Assembly: GCA_951406725.2 (NCBI GenBank) | Contig: OX597818.1 | Coordinates: 47,802,001-47,866,000 of the forward strand | Reading direction: 5' to 3' | Length of the DNA: 64,000 nucleotides | DNA from: Octopus vulgaris | Taxonomy: Eukaryota | Shown here: in pieces, positions 25,041 through 38,935 of the stretch | Position numbering within the stretch: position 1 is the first letter of the stretch | Layout of the letters: the number at the start of each line of letters is the position of its first letter | Translations under genes and position numbers: made by a program | The notes under the pieces: model-generated | Seen by the model: the letters and a program-made list of their open reading frames with translations, nothing else | Databases searched by the model: none | Told to the model about the DNA's origin: nothing

Positions 25041-26658
25041 AGATATATATGTCTCACCAAATTCTCAGTTTTACAGTTTTCCTATTGCCTACAATTGTAA
25101 GATGTTATCTTATGGTATTATTTTACTATTTACTATTAGATATATTCGTTCATTGAGTTGTTTATGCCAGAACAACACGGCGCCCACACTATAGCCGACG
25201 TATAAATATAATTTCTATAAGGCTAGTTAGAAGCAATTCAGTAAAAAACTAAAAGAAGTTATATTTGTACATGTTAAATAGGTTTAATATCCCTCTTCCT
25301 TATAGATATTTAATACCATCTTTTCGAATATACTTTATATTACAATAAAGCAAATTACAAACAGACATTGTCAACGCCAAAAACGATGATAAAATTAAAT
25401 ACAGGAAATTAATCTTGTTAGCATACTAAGTGGATATATTCATTTTATTTGTGACTAATTCGAACCATGAGTTGAAAGTATATTTATCTTTACAAAATAA
25501 ACAGCTTAATCCACGTAAATACAGTTTGGCGCAAATTCTAAAACGTTTGGAATAAGAGAAAAAGAAACAATGTTTAGGTTTTTTTGTCAAGAGTATTTCG
25601 TTTCATTATAAAGTTAATGTTACTGACTTAACACCAGGAGTATGAAAGTCAAATTGTATTAACATTATATACCAACTAAATAGAAAGTAACAGCGTTAAG
25701 TATTAACAAGAGAAAAGCATCATGATGAAAACAAGAGGAAACAAAACTCGCTCCACCAAAAATAAACAACCAGAAGAAAAAAAAAGAAAAGCTCAATGCC
25801 TTTTCATTAAGTTTAGTGATTTAGTTCACGTGTAGTAAGAGCATGACGCTTCTAAAAATCAAACTTATAATAAAGTTTTTGAATTTTATGCTATAAATAG
25901 ACACACCGCCTAATAAACAACAGATTTACTTAATGGATATTTTTACACGATAAAAGATTTCAAAGCCAACCAGTTATGTTATACTTTGTATATATTTTTG
26001 TGGTCTTTTATTATTATTATTATAATCAGTAATAAAATTAAAGACCGAACGTTTTCCTAGTTTAGAATCAGGCAATTGTTATTTCGGGTGTAATTGTTTA
26101 CTTCTGTTTACCGATTTTTATTCTTTATGGAACCTTGTTGATATTAATATCCCCCGTTATGAATATGAATTAAAGTTCAAAGATGTATTTAAATCAATAG
26201 GATATCGTTTACACACTAAATATCAATGGTTGGAATTTATAAAACAGTAAAATAATAACGATTAGAAAATAATTTGTAATTCTCAACACGCTACAGTGTT
26301 AAATGGATCGTGAATAAAATAAAACGGTTGATGCGACGAAATCTGGGAAAACAAAAAAAAGTCATGTTCATCTAATGGTCACGCTGCTGTGAAAAAAGAG
26401 AAATGATTTTGTGTGAGCATCATAGAAAATATGATACAGTTAAAACTTTTGTTATTTGCTAGTCTCGAGAGTAAAGACTTAATTATCGCTTATGTTGGCA
26501 ATATTAAGACGGAAGAATAGAATATAGAACATATATTTATGGAGATTGTGCGATTAGTGTTAAGTTTGAAATGTCGGATTAGATAGACTTTCATGAACTT
26601 TTCGGTTAGTGAATATTATGCTGCGACTAAAGTGAGAGAGAGGGAGAGAGAGAGAGAG

Positions 26659-26725
<67 letters not shown>

Positions 26726-26821
26726 AAGAGAGAGAGAGAGGTGCAGTTTGAATAGAAGTAAACAGAAAGTGGATGTATTGAGTAATTTTAACTGAAATTC
26801 AGCTTGAGCTGAAGGAGGGCA

Positions 26822-27236
26822 GGATCTTTTCGGTTTGAACGGCAGTTTTTTCTAGTGGTGTCATATGAAATTGTCACACATAATTATGACCCTAGTATCG
26901 ATCTATTGCATTTCAATCTGTTTTAGGGTTAGGGGTAGGGGGAAGGGTATCTTTTTTCTTCACAAATGTAAATAAACCCAATCTGTTTCTTAAACGAGGG
27001 ACATATTCATACAGCACAGAATGTTTTTTTTTACCTCAATGGACGTCATTGATTGGTTGAAATTGTAGAAATTGAAGAAAAAAACCCCAACAAATATCTT
27101 ACAAACTATAGAATTTTCTCAATAAAGCCAAGAGAAAAAGATGTTTTATAAGCACATTCCACCAGTATACGAAATTAAAAATTTTTTAGTTACCTAGAAA
27201 TCATGTTAAAAACTGCCGTTGAAACCGAAAAGATCC
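26822..27236. mobile_element. Merlin-like MITE (second copy of the 16186 family)
   Basis: Same TIRs; TSD GGAGGGCA/GGAGAGCA. Confidence 0.88.
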
Positions 27237-27836
27237 GGAGAGCAAAATTGTTGATCAGTATGAAGCAGAGTGAAGATTCAAAATAGGATAGCAGCGAACC
27301 ATCTTATCCACGAAACGACATTCCTTATAGCTCAGTTAGAAATACGGGGGTATTTAGGAAAACAAAACAAAACAAAAAGATAAAAACAAAAAAAACAAGC
27401 AAAAATGATGGATACAGCGAGTCATAAAACTCTCCCAGCATGAATGCAACATTTATTTTTAACCTTAAATAAAATTTACATTTTACAGCATTAAATTGTG
27501 ATCGGATCTCATTTCCATGTGACCGACACTGGATTAAGTGTAAGAGAGGAAAGGTGATAGAAAAGGATCTCGGTGATTAAAAGTTCCCTTGAACATTTCT
27601 AATTTGAACAGAGTCAGGGAATAATGCCGAGCACTCCACTGACACATGTTCTCTTATCACAGATCTCAGGGCGATTCAGCGTGACACAGAATGTGACGAG
27701 GCTGGCCATTTTGAATTACAAGTACTACTGCATAACTTACTGTTAGTTGTTTATTAATATTTATCAACGACGTTGAACGAGAACTTCAATAGTACATTAG
27801 TCACAAGGGGTTTTAGTTCCTTCCCACCGTAACCAC

Positions 27837-28120
27837 CGTGACCAACCAGGCTATCAGATGTTGCTACACATCGCTGGTCACAATGCGCTTCGCATTGTTT
27901 TAGCCTTCAAATGACGCCACCCCGTTGGCTAAGCGTGCAGGCCAACAGAAGAAAGAGTGAGAGAAAGTTGTGGCGAAAGAGTACAGCAGGGATCGCCACC
28001 ACCCCCTGCCGGAGCCTCGTGGAGCTTTAGGTGTTTTCGCCCAATAAACACACACAACGCCCGGTCTGGGAATCGAAACCGCGATCCTCCGACCGCGAGT
28101 CCGCTGCCCTAACCACTAGG
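27837..28120 (-). mobile_element. SINE family C with alternative tail 2
   Basis: Shared head and body; tail matches 46437-46732. Confidence 0.8.
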
Positions 28121-28882
28121 TGGAATTTGAACTCAGAACGTAAAGACCGACGAAATGCGGCAAGGCATTTTACCCGGCGTTCTGTGTAAGAACGCAATAC
28201 TTAGATGTCACCGTTTCGTTAATGTAATTTTTCAAAATCGAGAAATAATACGTTTATTAAGATGGTTGAATTTATTAGGGTTATTAAGGTTGTTGAGTCT
28301 TGTGCTATTACGATATGAAGGAAAAAGGCCTCTTTTTTACAAAGCTTTGATGGATTTTTAAAATAAAGAAACTAGTGCCTGGAAAAAAAAATTCTGCTCT
28401 TGTATCACGTTGAAAGTGATTCAAAATATTAAATCGAGGATAGCGAGATGCATTTCACACGATTCTAGCTTCATTTTTCTATATTGTTATCGGTTAACTT
28501 AGTGTAATTTACTTGCGTTTCCGATGTTGTCATTCTTAAAATATCTGACAGTGACAAAAGCGAAGTAATTAAAGCAAAGATTCGTAGGCAGTAGTTCTCT
28601 ATTGTAACTGTACAATTAGAGGCTTAGAAAACGTAGGTTCAGATTTTTTGGAGTCGATATCTGGAGTAAAATATGCACCTAAGTTGTACATTATTTACAT
28701 TGGACGGAAAATATATAGAACGATACACCTACTTGGTTAAAAAGCTCACTTTGCAACCAGATGGTTTCGGGTTCTGTCCCACAGGGCATCACCTTGGGCA
28801 AATGTCCTCTACTATAACCACGGATTGATCAATACTTGGCGAGTGAATCTGATACACAGAAACTGTGTAGATGCCGTCGTAA

Positions 28883-28967
<85 letters not shown>

Positions 28968-29073
28968 ATTATCTTTTACAGTCATCAGACTGTGGCCATG
29001 CTGGGGCAGCGCATGGAAGAATTTTACTCCAACGAATCGACCGTAGTACTTATTATATATATATATAGTACAC

Positions 29074-29119
<46 letters not shown>

Positions 29120-29139
29120 GTGTGTGTGTGTGTGTGTAA

Positions 29140-29610
29140 TTAAGATTCAGTTGAATCAGGTACTTATATTGAGGCACCTTACTAGTTCGGTATAATCTGC
29201 ACACCCCAACAATATTATTTGAATATTGAATATCAAGACTCCGAATTGGTATTTGTTCCCAATATTCCTGTCGTCTGTATAGACAACGCAACCCAGCTAA
29301 GTGAATATGTCCGTTTTTGGTAATTCAGATATATATTTTTCATAAAAGTACTTTCTATAGTATTTCCGAAGAGCAGATTCCAAGTTAGGTGAACATAATA
29401 CAAATAAGTAACAAAGATGTACAGGTGTCATTTCATTACGGCCGTTTCAAGCGGCTCCATTTAATTGATTAATGGAAACATTACATCAATTTGAAAGAAA
29501 CCGTTCTCGTCAGGTGAACGCATAGACTTCAAACATAAAGGATAAGCCATTTTTTAACAAATTTACATCAATAATGGAAACCAAAATATTTACATTGTTT
29601 CCTATTGTTA
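29140..29610 (-). mobile_element. Hammerhead-bearing element, same family as 36359-36975
   Basis: Homologous to the 36xxx element; minus strand TTCAC-CTGACGA-GAACGG...CCGCTT-GAAAC-GGCCGT-A-ATGAA at 29432-29518. Confidence 0.75.
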
Positions 29611-29857
29611 TAACTGTGGTAGAATGAGTTTAGAAAATAATACATACCTTGTTAAGCCTACTATAATTTAGGGAGTAGCAGAGGGAAGAGTGGAGGGGGG
29701 GAGGATCAAGATAAAAAAAGTGGTGACGTAGTTAGTTATATTTAGAAAACTTTATGTAGTATGTAGTCTTCAACCAGGTGTTATTTCCCCTTTTAAAATC
29801 TTCAATGGAAAAAAACAACAAATAAACAAAAAATAAAACAAAAACATTTCATCAATA

Positions 29858-30090
29858 CCTGTTTCTTTACTACCCACAAGGGGCTAAACACAGAGGGGAC
29901 GAACAAGGACAGACAAACGGATTAAGTCGTTTACATCAACCTCAGTGCGTAACTGGTACTTAATTTATCGACCTCGAAAGGATGAAAGGCAAAGTCGACC
30001 TCGGCGGAATTTGAACTCAGAACGTAACGGCAGACGAAATACGGCTATGCATTTCGACGGTGTGCTAACGATTCTGCCAGCTCACCGCCT
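29858..30090 (-). mobile_element. SINE family B
   Basis: Family match. Confidence 0.85.
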
Positions 30091-30515
30091 TTCATCAATA
30101 CCATTCCCTGCGGCGCAGACCAGTAATACAAAAGGTACATCATTGATAATGACAAAAAGAGTTTGACACGTCTAGCTGATTGACAAGATGATAATAGAAA
30201 CAATGGTTAAATTGTTGACTAATCATAATAACAATCCGTTCTAATAAATCTACAAGTCTGAAATTTTACGGGAGGGGGTAAATCGATTATATTGTGAAGG
30301 CGCGTGGCTTAGTGGTTAGGGTGTTGGACTCATTATCGTAAGATTGCAGTTAAGGGACATGCTCAACTGGTTAAGGTCAAACAACTCTGTGGTATTGAGC
30401 AGAATATTTGCTGTAGCTCATCTTTTATACCAAGACAAAACAATGTACATGATAACACTTCCGATCAGTTAGGATCAGAAGCCATGTGAGCCACTGTCCG
30501 GTTCTGCATCAGGGC

Positions 30516-30577
<62 letters not shown>

Positions 30578-31065
30578 AGTGAGAGAGCATTGCATGCCAT
30601 CAAAGTGACGCTGTGGTACAAATGATTGAGAGATATTTTTGATTTGACGCACTTCTTCCAATCTTATTGAAGATTTCTGCACAGATGCAAATGGCGAAAT
30701 TAATAATCCTTTTTATTTAAGACACAAGGCCTGATATTTTGGGGGAGGGGACTAGTCGATTAGATCGACCTCAGTGTTTCACTGGTACTTAATTTATCGA
30801 CCCCGAAAGAATGAACGGTAATATTTACGGCATGCGTTGCATAATCTGTCGAACAGCGGACATGACCTTGAAACATTTAGTTATATTCACTTACGATCGC
30901 ACACTGAATCCCACAAGGTTAGCTTTGTCTTATATTACTCCAGCTTAAATGAAACACCAGTTAAGCCATAGAGTTGATTAAATTGGCTTCATTAGTTCCC
31001 AATGATTGCCCTTGTGGGAAACTATATCATCTGTGTTAAATTCTCTTTTTAACTATCTTCAACTC

Positions 31066-31443
31066 TTTTACTTGTTTCAGTTATTCGACTGTGGCCATTC
31101 TGGAGCACCGCCTTTAGTCGAGCAAATCGACCCCAGGACTTATTCTTTGGATGTCTAGTACTTATTCTATCGGTATCTTATGCCGAATCGCTAAGTTACG
31201 GGGACGTAAACACACCACCATCGGTTGTCAAGCGATGTTGGGGGGACAAGCACAGACACACAAACACACACATATATACGACGGGTTTCTTTCAGTTTCC
31301 GCCTACCAAATCCACTCACAAGGCTTTGGTCGTCCCGAGGTTATAGTAGAAGACACTTGCCCAAGAGGCCACGCAGTGAGAATGAATCCGGAGCCATGTA
31401 GTTGGTAAGCAAGCTACTTACCACACAGCCACTCCTACGCCTA
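31066..31443 (-). mobile_element. SINE family A
   Basis: Family match. Confidence 0.85.
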
Positions 31444-31539
31444 TATTGTTGGCTTTCAATATCAAAGCTTAAGCAGATGGAAATAAAAACTGTTTTTATA
31501 ATCTGCATAGCAACAACAACAACAGTAATAATAATTGGT

Positions 31540-32113
31540 TTCAAATTTTAGCACAAGGCCAACAGGTTTGGGAGAGTGGCTAAGTCAATTACATCGATCA
31601 CAGTGTTCAACAGGTACTTATTTTACCGATCTCGAAAGGATGAAAGACAAAGTCGACCCCAGCAGAATTTGAACTAAGAGCATAAAGACGGAAGAAATAC
31701 CTATTTCGTTACTACCCACAAGGGGCTAAACACAGAGAGGACAAACAAGGACAGACAAACGGATTAAGTCGATTATATCGACCCATGTGCGTAACTGGTA
31801 TTTATTTAATCGACCCCGAAAGGATGAAAGGCATAGTCGACCTCGGCGGAATTTGGACTCAGAACGTAAGGGCAGACGAAATACCTATTTCTTTATTACC
31901 CACGGGGGCTAAACATATAGGGGACAAACAAGGACAGACAAACGGATTAAGTCGATTATATCGACTCCAGTGCGTAACTGGTATTTATTTAATCGACCCC
32001 GAAAGGATGAAGGGCAAAGTCGACCTCGGCGGAATTTGAACTCAGAACGTAGCCGCAGACGAAATACCGCTAAGCATTTCGCCCGGCGTGCTAATGATTT
32101 TGCCAGCCCGTCG
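31540..32113 (-). mobile_element. SINE family B tandem multimer
   Basis: Same unit and junction as the 18568 array. Confidence 0.85.
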
Positions 32114-32128
32114 TTTAAATGCCAGTCG

Positions 32129-32159
<31 letters not shown>

Positions 32160-32603
32160 AATGATGATAATGACGTATGAGTGTTTTGAAGATTAAATTT
32201 TTAAAGAAAGCATTAAAAATGAAAGAAGCTGCATCTATTTGCAATGGATGCGTGAGTGTAATTTGAGTCCAGGTACGGATTCTGCTATGAAGTCATAAAG
32301 AGGATATTGAAGATTTTGATTTTGCCAGGGATTGGACAAATGTATCTGTTGATTTCAGGATGTAATTCTTTTATAGCAGGATATAATTCTTTTATTGCTT
32401 TGTTTCTTCAACTCAAATTGTTCAGAGGCATCATGACACATTTTATGTCACCCAGATCGATCTAGGCTATAATTTTCTCAAGATGTTAAATTAAGCAGTA
32501 AGGATTTTAATGATTGTTTCAACTTAACCTTATGCTTAAGGTTGGACCCTCCTTTACCGCGGAATTCCTCTGCTTGTTGTCCATACATAATAATAATAAT
32601 AGT

Positions 32604-32656
<53 letters not shown>

Positions 32657-33029
32657 AGCAAGTATAAAGACCTTGAAATAGAAATTGGCAAAATACCTGT
32701 TGTCATAGGTGCCCTAGGAATGATAACAAAAGGGGCTGATTGCTACCTAGCTCAGATACCAGGAGACTCCAAAATGGCAGAAATTCAAAAGAAATTGCTC
32801 ATGGGAACTGCCCATATCCTACGTAAAATACTGTCTATGTAATCTCAAATTTTAAAACAAACTCATAATTTTCTTATGGTTTCTTAAACATTCTCTAGAA
32901 CAATACTATGTACAATACCAAATATATGACACCCAAGGCATAACACCAACATGAACTTCTAACTTGTCTCTTGAGGGCTCTGGATGAAATATGGAGCGAA
33001 CTTCTACAAATACAAAACAAAAATCAAAC

Positions 33030-33030
<1 letters not shown>
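32657..33030 (+). mobile_element. R4/Dong-clade LINE extreme 3' fragment between (AAC)n and (TAA)n
   Basis: KYKDLEIEI...IPVVIGALGMI...EIQK..LMGTAHILRK motif. Confidence 0.75.
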
Positions 33031-33112
<82 letters not shown>

Positions 33113-33114
33113 GC

Positions 33115-34560
33115 AGGAACAAACTTACAAATACCTCAGAATAAATGAGGGCTGTGGCATTCAGCATGCAAGCATGAAAGAGAAGATCAGGTAGGAATGT
33201 CACAGGAAAGTTCAAGCAGTCCCAAAATCCGAGTTAAATGCACGAAACAAGGTGTTAGCCATAAATTCCTTAGCAGTTCCGGTTGTTAGTTAGTTTGAAT
33301 GTGTTGACTGACATGAAAATTCGTAAGCTACTGACTTGCAATAAGATGCGCCACCCAAAGGCAGACGCAGGCCGTCTTTAATCTTCCCAGAGCTAAAGGA
33401 AGTCGAGCCTTGAACCAATTTGAAATCTCTTACAAAACCACCACAATTGGACTGGCAAAATATCTTGAAACATCTAACGAATGGATGCTAAAGCAGGTTG
33501 AAAACCACCAGAGGCGTAAGAAGATTCATTCTGTTATGAAGAAATGCAAAAAATTTGCTAGTGACTTCATGCATAATACCCAGATTGAACAGCATGATGG
33601 AAGTGCGGCAGCTGTAGTTGTAAAGCAGGTGAAATCAATAGAAAAGCAAAATGCGTTTGAACAATTGACTGATAGATGGGAACAAAAACGTTTGCATGGC
33701 AAGTATGTGGCCCGTAGTAAACAAGCTGATGTAGGCCAGAAGCACACCCATCAGTGGCTACGGAACTCAGGGCTAAAGGCAGAGAGCGAAGGCTTTATCT
33801 TAGCTGCTCAAGATCACAGCTTATTGACCAAGAACTATTAAGTCAATGTGATGAAAAATGGAGTTGACCTAAAGTGTCGATACTGTAACGATGGGGTTGA
33901 AACAGTGGACCACTTAATCTCTGGGTGTAAGGCTTTAGCACCTGTACAGTATAAATCAAGGTATGACAGTGTTGGCCAGTATCTACACCGGAGTATATGT
34001 CAGCATTATAAAATCAAAACTGCTGACAAATGGTACAAACACCACTCTGAGGCTGTAATTGGAGGAGAAAATGTAAGGATTCTTTGGGACTTTCCAGTCT
34101 GTACAGATCGGACTATCAAAGATAATTAACCAGATATTGTTGTGAAAGACCCAAACAATAAAGTCTGTTTCTTGATTGACATGAGCATATCCTGTGACCA
34201 TAATATCTCGGCAAGAAAGAATTTGATAAGCTCAGAAAATACAAAGATTTGCTAATCGAAATCGAAAAGATGTAGCATCTCAAGACGGTTGCAATACCAG
34301 TGATTGTTGGGGCACTTGTAATGATCAAAAAAGGAACTGAAAATTATTTAAGAATGATCCCTGGCTTACCATCCATACAGGAAGTGCGAAAGATTGCCTT
34401 AACTGGTACGTCACACGTACTGAGAAGAGCATTGACGCTGTGAAATTTCTTTCTTTTTTCCCCTTTCTTTTCTTTTTTTCATTTTTTCCTTTTTCTTTCT
34501 GTCTTTCTTCCTCATCTTTCCAATGTGTCAATTTAAAATTTGTGTCAAATTTTGAAACCA
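33115..34560 (+). mobile_element. R4/Dong-clade (RLE) LINE 3' part, decayed
   Basis: LHGKY, LKAESEGFILAAQD, CRYC..ETVDHLISGC zinc finger, ILWDF, PDIVV..LIDMS nuclease motif; starts after (TAA)n. Confidence 0.9.
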
Positions 34561-35597
34561 ATATCTTATGACAAATATTTCGAAAAAGAAGCAGAAAAAA
34601 AAAAAGAAATGAAATGAACTTTTGTTTTAACTAGTAAAAATATTTCGGAATTGTAATAGAAAATACGAAATTATCTGAAACAAATCAAGACTTTTAGAAT
34701 CCCATACCAAAAAAATAAATTTTTCTGAAGGTAACAATAACAAAAATAAAGACATCCTTTTGAAAAATATTAAATTTTTTAAATAACGGTTTCAAATTTT
34801 GGCACACGGCCAGCACTGATGAAACGCAAAGTCAACTTCGGTGGAATCTGAACTCAGAAGACGTGAAGAGCCGGAAGAAATGCTTTTAAGCATTTTGTCC
34901 GGCGCAGTAGTGATTCTACCAACTACCAGGATGCCTACGTAGAACATAAAAATGACTTCATTTCCTAATCAAATTACGTTTGTTTAAAGTGTCGCTTTTC
35001 ACGTATATTAGATGTATATCTATTTTTACAATATAGTGGTAGTGATCCAGGAGAGAAAACTTAAATATTAAACTCGATAATTTCATTAGATTTCGCTAAT
35101 ATATAGTGCGAATGAAAAAAACAGAACTTTTTTATTTGCTGCTAATTTTTCTCGATTAAAGTATTTCAGACACAGTCAGTGAGATAAGAGTTAGTAAGCT
35201 ATAAAATACATAAAAATACGATGTAGGGTCGTTCAGGTCAATTACTAGTATAAAAATAATTGGTGAGCAATAAAAAAAATAATCTTCATTTATTTCCCCC
35301 CAAAAGAAAGTGATATAATGATCACAATACTAATTTTTGTCTGATAATTTCTTTAGGTCAGAGAAGAGGAGAAACGCTTCGAGGGAATTAGAGTTCCGGG
35401 TTAAAACACGAGATGTCGATCACCTTGTCCTTCATAATTTTTATATTTCCAATGTCCAATAAAATTGCTCCAGTTATCTTGTAGAATTGAAAAAAATGTC
35501 TATGTTTCAAATATTTTTTCCACATAAGAAACTATAAATACGGATTAGAATCTGTTTTACTAACCATGATCAAATTTATAACTAATACAAATAGGCA

Positions 35598-35693
<96 letters not shown>

Positions 35694-35906
35694 TAAGGGT
35701 AGAAATTGATATTAATCAATTAAAACCAGTGGCCTAGCATATTTAAAAAATCCGAGGATTAAAAATTTTTTTACATAAAAAATTTTGAGGATTGACCTCT
35801 ATTTGTTTTTTTGCTGAATTTTTTCTTGAGAACACATTCTCCGTGGAAAATAGCAATTTTGACGTCTATATCTAGCATACAGGCTGTCCAATTTTAGCGA
35901 TCAATC

Positions 35907-35963
<57 letters not shown>

Positions 35964-36319
35964 AATTGAGATAGGGATTGTAAATGCAACCCTCCATGGG
36001 ATAACACACATCCAATATACTGCTAGTTAAGTACCCAACAAAGTTAATACATAAATGTTAAGGATTGCGAGATGTAATCTATACTTATATTTATATTTAC
36101 TTATATTTATAATCTCTTTTTTTATATATATTCTACTTATTATACAACATTACTCTTTTATGTACACTTTTTTATGTAGATTCCTTTATGTACACTGATT
36201 TGTTCTGTTTTTTATGTTTAACCCTACAGTCTCTTATGTGGTCGTTTAATAAAGTATGTGATTGAGTATTATCTGGTAATTGATATTTGATTTAGATGTA
36301 TTTCTCCATTTTCTTATCT

Positions 36320-36358
<39 letters not shown>

Positions 36359-36361
<3 letters not shown>

Positions 36362-36974
36362 TAACAAAGATGTATAGGTTTCAATTCATTACGGCTGTTT
36401 CGAGCGACTCCTATAATTGATCAATGAAAGCATTACATGATTACAAAGAAAACCGTTCTCATCAGATGACCGCATAGACTTCAAGCATAAAGGACAAGTT
36501 AGATATATAAATATATTCATATCATCAATAGAGCGCAAATATTTACAATGATTCTGCTGCTAAATATCTAACTTGTCCTGTATGCCTGAAGTCTATGCGG
36601 TTATCTGATGAGAACGGTTTTCTTTGCAATGATGTAATGCTTACATCGATCAATTAAAGGAGTTGCTAGCAACGGCCATAATGAATTGAAACTTATACAT
36701 CTTTGTTACTCATTTATATTTTACTCACCTACCCTGGAATCTGCTCTTCTGAAGTATTTAGGAAGTATCTTTATATAAAGTACATGTCTGAACAACCAAG
36801 GGAAGATTTATTCACTTTGTTGGATCGTGTCGTCTGCATACACTACATGAATATCGGATGGGAAAAATTCCATGTAGAGTTTGATAATCACATAATATCC
36901 TCTGAGTGTGCAAATAAGTTCGTCCTAACAAAGTGCCTCAATTTAAATACCTAATTCAACTGAATCTAAAATAC

Positions 36975-36975
<1 letters not shown>
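36359..36975 (+). mobile_element. Fold-back element with hammerhead cores in both arms, in (TA)n
   Basis: ~36359-36506 is a reverse complement of ~36564-36710, followed by a 3' extension; TA tracts on both sides. Confidence 0.82.
36385..36470 (-). ncRNA. Type-I hammerhead ribozyme motif
   Basis: TCAT-CTGATGA-GAACGG...GTCGCTC-GAAAC-AGCCGT-A-ATGA; stem I TCAT/ATGA, predicted site GUA. Confidence 0.7.
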
Positions 36976-37069
<94 letters not shown>

Positions 37070-37073
<4 letters not shown>

Positions 37074-37327
37074 AGGAACAAGGCTTAGTGTTTAGAGCAG
37101 CGGACTCGCGGTCGTGGGCTCGCGGGTTCGAATCTCAGACCGGGCAATTTGTGTGTTTATGAGCAAAACACCTAAGCTCCACGCGGCTTCAGCAGAAGGT
37201 AATGCCAAACTTCTGCTGACTCTTTCGCCACACAGACCGGCATCCCGTACAGGTGGGGAACCTATACGCCAAAGAAACCGGAAAACCGGCCCTATGAGCC
37301 AGGCGTGGCTCAAGAAGGAACAAACAA
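37070..37327 (+). mobile_element. SINE family C variant (divergent, different tail)
   Basis: GCAGCGGACTCGCGGTCG head, GAGCAAAACACCTAAGCTCCAC body. Confidence 0.7.
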
Positions 37328-37334
37328 TATATAT

Positions 37335-38055
37335 ATATACTATAAAACAATACTGGGAGGATAGAGAGTGAAAATTCGAAAATTCGAAAATTCGAACGAA
37401 CCCGACGCGAGCGCTGTCAGACAATAGTGTAATAAATAAGATATATGCATACATACAAACATATATGTACGTACCGACATCTACATGTATATATACTTGC
37501 ATATATAAATATATATACGTACAGGACACCACAAAAAGACTCAACAGAAACGAAAACTGAAAAGCCATTTTGTTACAACAGAAGGACAGAGACGTGGAAC
37601 AGAACGAGAACGAAAACGGGAAAAACATTATTTACAACAGAAAAACGAGGTACAGGACATGCTACACAAGGAAAAATCCCCTTCATCAGCTGTCACTAGC
37701 AGACATAGCGTGTTTCGAAGGCAAGACAGGACACGACTGCTCAATGCTAGGCCTTCCTGCGAGAGAATTAAAATAAAATAACCTCGCAGAGGGGTAAAAC
37801 GGGCAAGAAAAAAATGTAACACAAAAAGGGACGTAACAAAGAACTGCACAATAAAATACAAGATAAAAATACAAAATTAAAAATACATGTACAAGAAAAT
37901 ACAAAACGAGAAATCAAATCGTTTCTGTTGAGTTTTACGTCTTTTTGTGGTGTCCTGTACGTATATACATTTATATATGCATGTATATATACATGTAGAT
38001 GTCGGTACGTACATATATGTTTGTATGTATGCATATATTTTATTTATTACACTAT
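37335..38055 (-). mobile_element. Inverted-repeat element in (TA)n, PLE-like layout; relatives at 40596-40850 and 55180-55570
   Basis: ~37424-37553 is a reverse complement of ~37919-38055; contains GAAAC...CTGATGA motifs. Confidence 0.75.
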
Positions 38056-38390
38056 ATATATATATATATATAATGGACTATCCTGTCGCAGGCGACGTAT
38101 GGGTATTCAGCTTTTACTGAACGACCTGCACAAATGATTTGTTTATAGTGATTAAATGTTCGTGCCACACATTAGCTCACTCCATCAAATAGATGTTGTC
38201 TCAACAGGTACACTGTGTACCACTCATCAGGTGTCGAAGTGATCGCAGGGCAACGTGATATGAATTGCTTTGCTCAAGAACACTACACACTACCTAGTCT
38301 AGGAATTGAAATCCCGATCGCTATCAGCCTTTATCCAGGATACAATATTGAATTATCAATTCGTCTCAGCGAGTTTACTTTTGGTTGCAG

Positions 38391-38476
38391 TCTTCTTCTT
38401 CTTCTTCTTCTTCTTCTTCTTCTTCTTCTTCTTCTTCTTCTTCTTCTTCTTCTTCTTCTTCTTCTTCTTCTTCTTC
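38391..38476. repeat. (CTT)n microsatellite
   Basis: Direct reading. Confidence 0.97.
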
Positions 38477-38589
38477 CAATCAGGACTCACGCCATTAGCC
38501 ACAAAGAATAAGCTCTAATTCGAGCCTACTCTAAGCTACTTAGAATGCGTGTGGCAACTTGATAGACTGGCGGTTGCACGGGCGCGAAA

Positions 38590-38935
38590 GCTACGTTGTT
38601 ATCCTCATTCTGTAAACGGTAGCTTTTAACGAGTGGAGAACTGAACTATCCTGGGGTACTGAGGATTCGCAATCTAGACTAGGGTCAGAAAGTTTACTAC
38701 ACCATAGCGGGTTACACCATGGTTCCTCTGCTTTGTGGCAGAAGTAGGAAGAAAGAGTGAGAGAAAGTTGTGGTGAAAGAGTACAGCGGGGGTTCACCCC
38801 TCCCCACCGCCGGAGCCTCGTGGAGCTTAGGTGTTTTTGCTCAATAAACACTCACAATGCCCTGTCTGGGGATCGAAACCGCGGTCTTACGACCGCGAGT
38901 CTGCTGCCCTAACCGCTGGGTCATTGCGCCTCCAT
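38590..38935 (-). mobile_element. SINE family C with alternative tail 3
   Basis: Shared head; distinct tail ending GAGGATAACAACG. Confidence 0.75.
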
